A stretch of 64,000 bases of DNA from Haliotis rufescens (Eukaryota): assembly GCF_023055435.1 (NCBI RefSeq), contig NW_025963902.1, positions 1,798,001 through 1,862,000 on the forward strand, given 5' to 3'. Made by a program: the position numbers and the translations under genes. Positions 26,101 to 38,100 of this stretch are shown here, piece after piece; the stretch's first letter is position 1, and every line of letters starts with the position of its first letter. The notes beneath the pieces were generated by a model that saw only the letters and a list, made by a program, of their open reading frames with translations, was not told the DNA's origin and made no database searches.

Positions 26101-29100
26101 ATAACAAGATGTAACTATATATATTGAACATATATAAAAAAAATATAGAAATAAAGACTTTATGGATAAACTTGAATAAGTGTTTATAACCTAAATAATA
26201 AATTTCATTGGTAGATAGTTACTAAGATTTAACCGCATAAGACTCAGAGCACAATAGTACAATATCATGTGAAGAATTGGTGTCAGTTAACAACTTGAGA
26301 TGAGATGCATGTCATGCAGGTAGTCATCAGAAATAATATCTTAACCATCAACCCAGATATCGTTCTTGTACATAAAGTCATTTGTGTTCTGGCTGACTAA
26401 ATCTCCTAAAAAACCAGCACACCATTAGCTAGGTCAGACCCACGGTACCATAATAGGTCTCCGGGGAGACAACATCAGACAAGCATGCAACTAGAAAGTG
26501 TTTTTACTCGTAAAAACATATGTCTCCCCCCACTCCCCTAACCCCCATTCATTCGTTTACTTCACGTTAAACCCCATCTCTTCATTCCCACCCTCCATTA
26601 CTAAAAAACAGGGACAAAAATAGAACTCCTAGAAATTTCAAACAACTAATGGGCACCACTTCAGTGCTGGGTTAATGTGTATACAAAGTTTCGCGAAAAA
26701 ATATTAAACGGTTTCTGAGTTATGGTCAGGAAACAAAGCTTACCCCCATTCAGAGTCTATGTTCAACTTATCTCCATGGAAACGAGAAAAAATAAAAATG
26801 TCAAAAATCTCTAAATAGCAAAAGCCACCACTTCAGTGCTGGGTTAATGTGTATACAAAGTTTCGCGAAAAAATATTAAACGGTTTCCGAGTTATGGTCC
26901 GGAAACCAAGCTTACCCCCATTCAGAGTCTATGTTCAACTTATCTCCATGGAAACGAGAAAAAATAAAAATGTCAAAAATCTCTAAATAGCAAAAGGCAC
27001 CACTTCAGTGCTGGGTTAATGTGTATACAAAGTTTCGCGAAAAAATATTAAACGGTTTCCGAGTTATGGTCCGGAAACCAAGCTTACCCCCATTCAGAGT
27101 CTATGTTCAACTTATCTCCATGGAAACGAGAAAAAATAAAAATGTCAAAAATCTCTAAATAGCAAAAGGCACCACTTCAGTGCTGGGTTAATGTGTATAC
27201 AAAGTTTCGCGAAAAAATATTAAACGGTTTCCGAGTTATGGTCCGGAAACCAAGCTTACCCCCATTCAGAGTCTATGTTCAACTTATCTCCATGGAAACG
27301 AGAAGAAATAAAAATGTCAAAAATCTCTAAATAGCAAAAGGCACCACTTCAGTGCTGGGTTAATGTGTATACAAAGTTTCGCGAAAAAATATTAAACGGT
27401 TTCTGAGTTATGGTCCGGAAACGGTGGGAACACCGACGCCGACGCCAACGCCGACGCCGACGGGAACCGTGCCAAAAACAATATGTCTCCCTCCATTCTG
27501 GGGGAGACATAATGACATAAGCTCGATAACTTTAAGTCTTTAACTAAATAGTGTTAGCTGTTACGATGTAAAAAAGAGATTGAATCTTACCAACTGAAAT
27601 AATGCATGAAAAGCAAAAAATAAAAGACACAACAGGTTGGTATGATCAAAAACGTGTATTCAAATTAACAATCAATATCAATGACAGAGTCACTATAGCT
27701 AATAGAACGGACAAGTCGCTGGTGCACAAGGTCACACGACATGATACAGAAGGTACAATGACAATACAATGATCCGATAACAACCTCAAAATGTTGACAA
27801 AGTATGCTGCACGTAAAAACCACAATCAGAATTCCCTGATTTTCTGTATCAAGAAGTAATCAGGAACAAATTGGACAAATATGAATTTTAAGATCTAAAA
27901 TCAACATCATGATAATACCTTCAACACAAACAGAAATGGCAATAATTTCAGTGTCAAGTATTACCAAGGAAACCATGAGTCAGAAACAAGCTCAGCTAAT
28001 GAGCAAGTGAGTATGGCTTTACGCATCTTCCCGAGGCAAGGGAGTTAACTGACTATAAGAGTCCAGTTTCCACCCTTGCCGAACTAGGCTGGTATCATGG
28101 AGTTACATTTTGGCTGGACTAACGAGTCTATGCATGGTCCAATCAAAATCGCGCTCCGAAATCGAAAACCGGTTCGCAAACTGTCATGTAGATTTCGGTC
28201 GATTGGAGGATTTGCAAAGCATGTGCACCGCTAACTCAACAGATATATTCTAAATCGTTTCATGTTTTTAATCAAGGTGCTCACGTGATTTGATGCACTT
28301 CGCGATGTAAGACTCGTTTTATCACAATATCAGATCGTCTTAACTGGGCGCCACCGTTTTGTTTGAAGCAAACGCAAGTGATACGAGAGGGGGAATCTGA
28401 TTGGTCCATAGGAGAGGCATAGAAGGAATATAACTTGTAATAGCCACTGGTGGTGGTACGATCGAGCCCAGGAAATTGAGCATAGCTCGGCAAGGGTGGA
28501 AACTGGATTTTTAAAGTCAGTTCACTCTCTCGCCTCGGGAAGATGAGCTTTACGCCGTGTTCAGCAATATTCCAGCAATATCATGGCAGGGGTACCAGAG
28601 ATGTGTTTCACATATTGTAACCATATCGGGATTCGAATCTGGGTCTTCGGCGTCCATCACTGGGCTACCCGATCGCCCCAGTTCAACTAATGATACCTTC
28701 TACACTAAAACCTCTACTGACAACAGGGAAAGTGTTTGCAGGTAAAGGACTTGCAGAAGCAGCACCACACAACCATTTCTAGAAGTCCCCAGAAATCATT
28801 CCATCCCAGTGTGATACAATTAACTTCCATTTAGTGAAATACATCAAGGATATGGACCTGTTCAGATGAGGATACTTCGCCTCAGGTCTCCAGCAAATGT
28901 CAAAACAAATTCACAAATGGGAATAGATATTTCCCACTTTCGTTTATAGTCATAACTAACTTAACTGATGGTTTGGTCAAGGTGACACATAATTCCCTGA
29001 CATCAGGACCAATAAATATGACAACAAGGAAGAGTCTTTAATGCTTAATTTTCATTGTTGCAGTGACTGATTAAAGTACCTCTGACAGTCTGAAAATAAG

Positions 29101-32100
29101 ATTTAAAAATATCAAAATCAAACAAAATGGTTTTTTTCCAAATTTGCCTGCTGCATGTCTTCTAAAACGGGGAACTATCTAAAACATGCACAAGGCATGT
29201 CTACTGTAATGACATCACTTCAAGTCGTATGACATGTCTGGTAAGGGAACACATGCAAGATGCAGTATAAGTTTTCACCAGAACACCCTATGACATTAAT
29301 AAGAATGTTATACATATTTTGATTGAATGATATCACTTAAGACTTGGTAAAAACATGTCAAACACAGTATTACTGTAAAACAGAAAGTCCTGTACCTCCA
29401 ACGACATTAACATGAAAAGTAAGTAAGACATCACTTTTCTGGTTGAATGAAATCACTTTTGGTTTGAAAAACACATATATTATCCAGAGATCCAACAAAT
29501 GTCCTTGGAGATATTGCTTTCCTGAAAACACATTGGTCAAATAATATTAGCATTAGTGTTAGGTTTAATTGTTCAAATCTATTTGTAACTATATTTTCCT
29601 TGAAAACACTTACATTTTATTCCATCAGTGCAATGACATGAGTGAGTTGTGTTTAGCGCCGCTTTTAACAGTCTTCAAGTTATCTCAGGGCGTGTCAGCT
29701 TAATGTGGGAGGAAAGCCCGAAGTGATGCAGGTCTAAGACGTTTAACACTTCCATGAAACCCACGAGCATGGGTATGGAGCTGACAAACCTAGAAACATA
29801 ATCGGGGCGAACCGGGATTCAGACCCACAATCATAGGTTTTTGGTGTACCAAAGGGACGCAACTCCGCACAGCGAATCGCGGCGACTGAGCCACCCGTGC
29901 CCCGCAATGACATGACGGTCAGAATACTGAACTAAAAGAACATCGTGCAGACTCCGAGTTTTGTCACATTTATCGACTTGTGTTGACATATAGACCCGTG
30001 AAGATCCGGGGTAGAATTGGTCTTCAGCAACCCATGCTTGTCGTAAATGGCGACTATGCGTGTCGTAAGAGGCGACTAACGGGATCGAGCGGTGAGGCTC
30101 GCTGACTTGGTTGATGCATGTCATCATATCCCAAATGCGTGGATCGATGCTCCTGATGTCAATGCCTAGATTGTCTGGCCCAGACTCGATTATTTACAGA
30201 CCGCCGTCATATAGCTGGAGTGCGGCGTTAAGCAACAAACAAAATGTGTTGACATATTCTATTCAAAAGAAGTAAAAGAACACTTGATTCTTTCATAAGA
30301 CTACAGCTTACCATCAGTTTTGATTTCAGACAGATTTGCTAATCATGTCTTAAACAGATGGTTTAACATCATTCAGAGAATCGAACTGTATCCCGTCATG
30401 AACTGAATTGTTATTAGCTGTCACTAGAATCAAATATTTACGATTTTATAAAGCGTTTTTGTACTTGAACTTGTAAGTCAGTTATAGATTTCTTAAAAAA
30501 GACAACTCTCATATATACGTAGTATTTCATTTGACAGTAATGTGGTCACTGGTCATTGTCACATTTGAGCAGATACTACCAGGATAAGTGCGGTATATAA
30601 ATGTATTATATTATAATAATAATTAACACTGTCAACATGGTCAAACCATGACAAATACTTGATTTTGTTATTGTTTCACTGAATACAATAAATGATACAT
30701 CAACTGCTGACTTGTTATCGTATTCATGAATAAATATTCATATTCGTTCCCTATATTCGTGATATGTATCCCATTCGCCACATAGTACATCCCTCCATCA
30801 CAGTGGCATTGATAAACCATACCTAGACTTCATGTCACAGTCATATGCAAAGAAATATTGTCCTGATATGAAAGGTGCAACGTCCAAGTAAAAGAGAGAA
30901 CTGGTTGAAGATAAGATGGATTCAGGTGCTTAGAGATTATCCCCAGACTACTGATAACCCAGGCACAACTTCCTGGAAATAAACATCCAGTGAACCAATG
31001 GAAGATGATTGGAGTGTGTAGGGGTGTGTGTGTTATGCTACAAATCTAAACTGCCAATATCAGAAGCAAAGAATAAAGATCTTAGATTCCTTGAAAAAGG
31101 AAAATTATCCCTGATGATTTCCAAGTATATTATGCTGCACTGCCATGTTCAAATGCAGAAAAAAACCAACTCTTGCTTCCAGATCATGATCATTTCAACG
31201 GCACCGATTCAGAATTGTGATAATTTGTCCTGTCACCCTTACTTATTCTTGTTAAGTAATGCGCATTCATTACAAGTTGAAATGCAGTCAGTTTTGAACG
31301 GACTCTGTGACTTTCAATGAAACAAGGTGCCATGTGTCAGTTCACACTTTGTTGACTATCTTCACCTTGCTGCGTTAACCCATCGATATGTCCAGTTTGT
31401 CTAACAACCTACACCTTTAAGTCCCTTTAAGGCTTCAGCTTCTTTCAAAAGGATGACCTTGACCCTCAATCTCAGTCCATCAATGGCTTGATTACTTCTT
31501 GTTGACACAGAACCCAAGATAACCTGTGCATTTATGTAAAATAAGCAAACAATTAACCAGTAAACAATTAATTTTGACCTTTTTGCAAAAAATATGCATG
31601 AATTTGTTTAAAAAAATATATAATTATATAACCATGTGATAACACTTTGCACTTTAACCTAATGTATCCTTTTCAACCCCTGTACCTGTATTTCATCACA
31701 GATTGTTAGTTCACTGATTGAAAGCACAGATACATTAAATTCTACTGCAGTGAATAATGCATCGACATTATAAAAGGGTACTTCATGCATATCACTGTCA
31801 TGGCTGCTGTTGGTTGTTAATGCAACATGTTGTACACCAGGTGTTGCACATGATGCAAATTAGAAGTCACCTGAAACAACATTTTAATCAATATTACATG
31901 AAAAATGTCCACAGTACTCATTGGTGTAAAAATACCCAACTGACTGGAATCAATGGACTACAAATATCCTGAGTTACCAAAGAAAACTATCAAATATGTG
32001 AATGCTAGCTTGTTGGTAAACGGGGGCATTGGTGGCCCAGTTGTCTATGGCACTGTGATTCGCTGTGCAGAGTTGCATCCCTTGGGCACACCAGAAACCT

Positions 32101-35100
32101 ATGATTGTGGGTTGGAATCCCGGTTCTCCCCGATGATGTTTCTAGGTTTGTCTGCACCATATCTGTGCCCATGGGTTTCACCAAAGTGGTAAACGTGTGA
32201 GACCTGCATCACTTCGGGCTTTCCTCCCACATTAAGCTGACAAGTCGTGATATAACTGGAATACTGTTAAAAGCGACATTTACACTCAATGGCCCAAACT
32301 ATTACCTGGAGCCCTGTGAAACTATGGTGCTAGTTTGTACAGACATCAACACAGTGGCTGAGTTAAGTATATGAAGAATCTGAACAACCAATGAATGACC
32401 ATTTAAGTAACCTTGACCCTCAATGACCACCAGAAGTATATGGACCAAATTTCATCCAAATGCAGTAAAGAATTCTTGTGTGTTGGACCATGTGCTTGTG
32501 GAGATAGGGGTTGACCTTCAATATCAGCTACATTTATTTCAAGAACAAGGCCAAGGATACCAACACATCAGCAAAATATGATGTCCCCAGGAGGAATTCA
32601 TTGCAGCAAAGCAATGTTGCATACAATAACAGTACAGTGATCCCTCGCTACAACGCTACCTTTGGGGTCCAAATTATCGATCAACGTTATGGACGTTATG
32701 TAGTAGAATGTAGATCCCCATGATTAACAACTGATATTCATGACAGAAGAATCCCTTGTCATACATGACTTCGATAAGTATTAAAATAATACAAACACTA
32801 CATGATAAGTTTTAGAAATATCAGGTGTTTTAGAGAAATGGCAAAAGCTCTTTATGAATGACCTTACACATTTTACATGTAGGCATGAAATGTATATGTC
32901 CTTGACCAACAGTAAGTCCACTTCTAGTTTGGCAGTACACAATTACTACATATCCAATGAGCACCTCAGCTATCTTGGTCATGCTAGGTGTTTAATAACG
33001 TTTTTATTCCATGACCTTGAGGATGAAATTGACCATTGACACGACAGACAAAGTGTCAAAAATATTTCTAAAGGCAATGAAGGAGATACACATGATATGA
33101 TATCCCTTAGATAACCAAGGTGTGTTGGGATTTTTTTTAAACAATAATAATTTGATCCAGAAAATACTGGAATTTGTGTTTTTTACCTTAGTTTATACAA
33201 ACAAAAACATTTAACTAGCCATACAGGATGTGGTAAATATGTTTATAATTTGAATGAAATGTGGGTCTTGATAAAGTGTGCTAAAATTTATTTGGTCTCA
33301 AACAAAAATTCAAGACCAGATACCAATTATCAAATGGCCGGTCCCTCAGTAAGAACAAAATGTTGAGATGGTAATGCATGCCGTCCAAGCCTCACACCAC
33401 ATTTATATCCTTCTATGGACCATGTCAACTGTGTTTGTGTCTTTTGTGTCTCTCCAGGAATCCTGATTTCTTAAATACTTTCCCACACACATCGCACTCA
33501 AATGACTTAACTCCGCTGTGATGCCGCCTTTTGTGTGTCTGAAGATTACTTGATCCTGTAAATGTCTTCTCACATTCATCACACTTGTAAGGTTTGACTC
33601 CACTGTGGCTCCTCATATGCATCTGCAGCTGCCCGGATGTTGTGAACGCTTTCCTACACTCACAACACTGAAAAGGTTTCACGCCACTGTGGCGCTTCAT
33701 GTGTACATTCAGGCTGCTCTTTTCCGTAAACCCTTTCCCACACACGCTGCACTTACAAGGCTTTTCACCAGTGTGGCTCCTCATGTGTATTTGCAGCTTA
33801 ATTGAACGTGCAAAGGCTTTCCCACAAACCCCACACTCAAATGGCCTGACTCCGCTGTGACCCTTCATGTGTTCCTGCAGGTTACCTGATCTTGCAAACG
33901 CTTTCCCACACTCACCACACACAAACGACCTGACACCACTGTGACACTTTGAATGTTTCTGTAGGTTACCTCGTTGTCTAAACCTTTTCCCACACTCTTT
34001 ACACTCAAAAGGCTCATCTGTCCTGTGACACATCATGTGCCTCTGCAGGTCACCCGATTCTGTAAAAGTCTTTCCACACTCATTGCACCCAAATGGCCTA
34101 ATTGTACTGTGACTCCTCATGTGTTTTTTAAGATTATGCGGAAGTCCAAATGTCTTCCCACATTCCATACACACCAAGTTAGATTTGACTGCACTGTGAA
34201 CAATCATGTGTCGAAGTAAATGGGCCGATTGTATGAACTTTTTCCCACAGTCTGTACACTCAAAGGGCTTGACTCCGCCATGACTGACCATGTGAGTATT
34301 CAAGTTGCTTGATTGCGTATATTTCTTCCCACACACTTTACACTCATACGGCTTCACTCCGCTGTGATACAGCATGTGATTCTGTAAGTTACTTGTCTGT
34401 TTAAATTTTTTCCCACACACTGTACATTCATAAGGCTTGAGTCCGCTGTGATTGAGCATGTGTATCTGTAAGTTACTGGTTTGTGAGAATGTTTTCCCAC
34501 ACTCAATACATTCATGAGGCTTGATTCCGCTGTGACACAACATGTGTGTCTTTAGGTGTCCTGATCTTTTAAATCTTTTCCCACACTCAGTACACTCATG
34601 CCGTCTTACTTCATGTTCCCTAGGATGGCTCCTTTCTAGCAGTTCTCCCACACATCCAGTGTCCTGGTCACTGAAAGAGTTGCTGATCTGAACTGGACTT
34701 GTTTCTGGCAGTTCTCCCACACATCCAGTGTTCTGGTCACTGATAGAGTTGTTGATCTGAACTGGACTTGTTTCTATAAGTTCACCCACACATCCAGTGT
34801 CCCGGTCACTGATAGAGATGTTGATCTGAACTGGACTTGTTTCTAGAAGTTCTCCCACACATCTAGTGTTCTGGTCACTGATAGAGTTGTTGATCTGAAC
34901 TGGACTTGTTTCTATAAGTTCTCCCACACATCCAGTGTCCTGGTCACTGAAAGAGTTGCTGATCTGAACTGGACTTGTTTCTGGCAGTTCTCCCACACAT
35001 CCAGTGTTCTGGTCACTGATAGAGTTGTTGATCTGAACTGGACTTGTTTCTATAAGTTCTCCCACACATCCAGTGTTTTGGTCACTGATAGAGTTGTTGA

Positions 35101-38100
35101 TCTGTACTGGACTTGTTTCTATAAGTTCTCCCACACATCCAGTGTTTTGGTCACTGATAGAGTTGCTTATCTGAACTGGACTTGTTTCTAGAAGTTCCCC
35201 CACACATCCAGTGTTCTGGTCACTGATAGAGTTGTTGATCTGTACTGGACTTGTTTCTAGAAGTTCTCCCACACATCCAGTGTTCTGGTCACTGATAGAG
35301 TTGTTGATCTGAACTGGACTTGTTTCTAGAAGTTCTCCATCACATCCAGTGTACTGGTCACTGATAGAGTTGCTTATCTGAACTAGACTTGTTTCTAGTA
35401 GTTCTCCCACACATCCAGTGTTCTGGTCACTGATAGAGTTGCTTATCTGAACTGGACTTGTTTCTAGGAGTTCTCCCCCACATCCAGTGTTCTGGTCACT
35501 GATAGAGTTGCTGATCTGAACTGGACTTGTTTCTAGGAGTTCTCCCACACATCCAGTGTTCTGGTCACTGATAGAGTTGCTTATCTGAACTGGACTTGTT
35601 TCTAGGAGTTCTCCCACACATCCAGTGTCCTGGTCACTGATAGAGTTGTTGATCTGAACTGGACTTGTTTCTGGCAGTTCTCCCACACATCCAGGATGTC
35701 CAGTTTTCTGGTCACTAATAGTGTCGCGGATGTGTACTGGACCTTGTTTTTCCATATTTTGGATATTACTGCCTTAAGTATCTAGCATGAACTTCAAAGA
35801 TGTGTTTTCCTTCACACATCTTCTTAAGTTGGTTCAGCACCACACATGAAACCAGCTTAAAACTGAAAAGGAACCACAGAAGTATATTATTATGATATTG
35901 ACATGATAACAAGTTGTAAGTTACATTGCAGAAATACCCCTGCTAGAGAGTGAGTAAGAGGGTGTGGTTTTATGACGCTTTTAGCAATATTCCAGCAATA
36001 TCCCGGTGGTGGACACCAGAAATAGGCTTCACATACTGTACCCATATGGAGAATTGAACCCAGGCCTGACAACGGACGCTTTAACCACTAAGCTACCCTA
36101 CCGCTCACCAGCTAGAGGAACAAATTAAATAACTGATTCTTGTCAGGAGTAACAGTTTACTAGTCACTGATAGCATGAACAAAGACTGTAGGTACATGAT
36201 AACACAAGATCACATGTTTAATCACATTACCCCAGGTCATTTGTTTGGTTCATGCAGCAGTAAGCAAATATTTCATTATTTTCACTGTGGCCCATAAACA
36301 TGATAAATGAGGGTGCCAACCCCTCCTGCCATGAAACCTGAATACCATCTAATTGCTCACTCTGAGTCTCATTGGCTTACCCCTAAATCCTGAATACCAC
36401 TTAACAACAAATTTCACCAACAAAAATTTATTGAAAACATTTCTGGGTCATATAGGGTGTGATTTGCAGTTAGATCACTTACGTACAACATTATTGCTAT
36501 TCTTTTTTAATGTTTAACCTCATAGCAAGTACTTATTGTATTTGCACCAATGGAACAAACACCGCAGAGACCCTCTACAAAGAACCTACCCGTGGAGATC
36601 TAGGTTAGAAGTATTGTGTACAGTCATTCATGTAATGCTGCTGCAACTCAGCTTGGAGAGGTGGGTGTTTGATGTTTGTTGTTTAACGCCACACTCAGCA
36701 ATATTCCAGCTATATGACAGTGGTCTGTAAATAATCGAGTCTGGACCAGACAATCCAGTGATTGACATCATGAGCATTGATCCACACAATTGAGATACAA
36801 TGACATGCATCAACCAAGTGAGCCTGACCACCCAATCCTGTTAGTCGCCTCTTACGACAAGCATAGTCGCCCTTTACTGCAAGTATGGACTGTTGAAGAC
36901 CTATTCAACCCCGGATCTTCATGGAGAAATGATTGAGTGAGAACAATTAACTGTGATAACAAATGCTTCCAAATGAGTGTACCACCTGTCCCAAAACAGA
37001 ATAATTTCAAGTCAGTGAGAGTAACTTAGTGAGTTCTCAGTGACAAATATAGGTATGTCTTTTGGAATGTTGCCATTTCACTTTCTTCAATCTTATCACC
37101 ATTGTAAGCATGATACATATACATAGTATAACTGACATATATATTCTGATAAGAAATACACTCATTATTCAGCGTGTTTGTGGTTGATTTTATTCCAATT
37201 AACATTGAAACCTCAAAGATACACATGATATACACATGATACAGGTTGAAGGGTTCCGAGCATGTGCATGACAGCCTTGGACCCCTCAAAATTTTCACTG
37301 AGTGTCCCTTGACTCAAAAATAGTTAGACCTAGGTAAATTGACAGTTTCACTTCAGAGCTTGTCATGACATTTCAACCGAACAATCCTTCCCCACCCCTT
37401 CTGTACTGCTGCCCTTGAAGATTCGGGTTAGAATATGTCTTCAGCAACCCATGCTTTGGTTGGGATTTGGTGGTCAGACTCGGTGACTTGTTTGATTGTT
37501 TCATATCCCAATTATGTGTATAAACGCTCATGATATCACTCTCTGGATTGTCTGATCCAGACTTGATTAATCGAAGGTAGCTTGAATATTGCTGAGTGTG
37601 TCATTAAACAACAAACAAAACATTGGTCTGCCATGTGTGTGTTACCTGACAAGTTATACATTTACAGGGTCAAACCTGGATTACAGCCTTACCAAGATTT
37701 TGAGCCAAGACAGGAGAAATGTCAAATGGGAACAACTGATTGGTCGATACAGATCCAAGACATCATCATGCAAATTCCCACACATCACAGGTGGGATCTT
37801 AAGGTTGGTCATGACAGCTATCATTGTATATTTAGCATTGTTATTGTCAAGTAATACCTCCAACTACGCCTTTACTAAAGTAATAAGCTGAGCATCAGGT
37901 AAATGATGGCCTCTGGCCTCATGGCAGTACTGGCCTCCAGGCAGTAATTGTTCAGTTATTTCTTAAATATTTAGTCTGAGGTACGACTAACTTTGGCTGT
38001 TGGCCTTGTTGTGGGCACAGGTACTACCAGATATCTTTTTGAATACACAAATGTACCCTAGCTTGGCAATATATTTACAGTACCATTTTCACAATGCATG

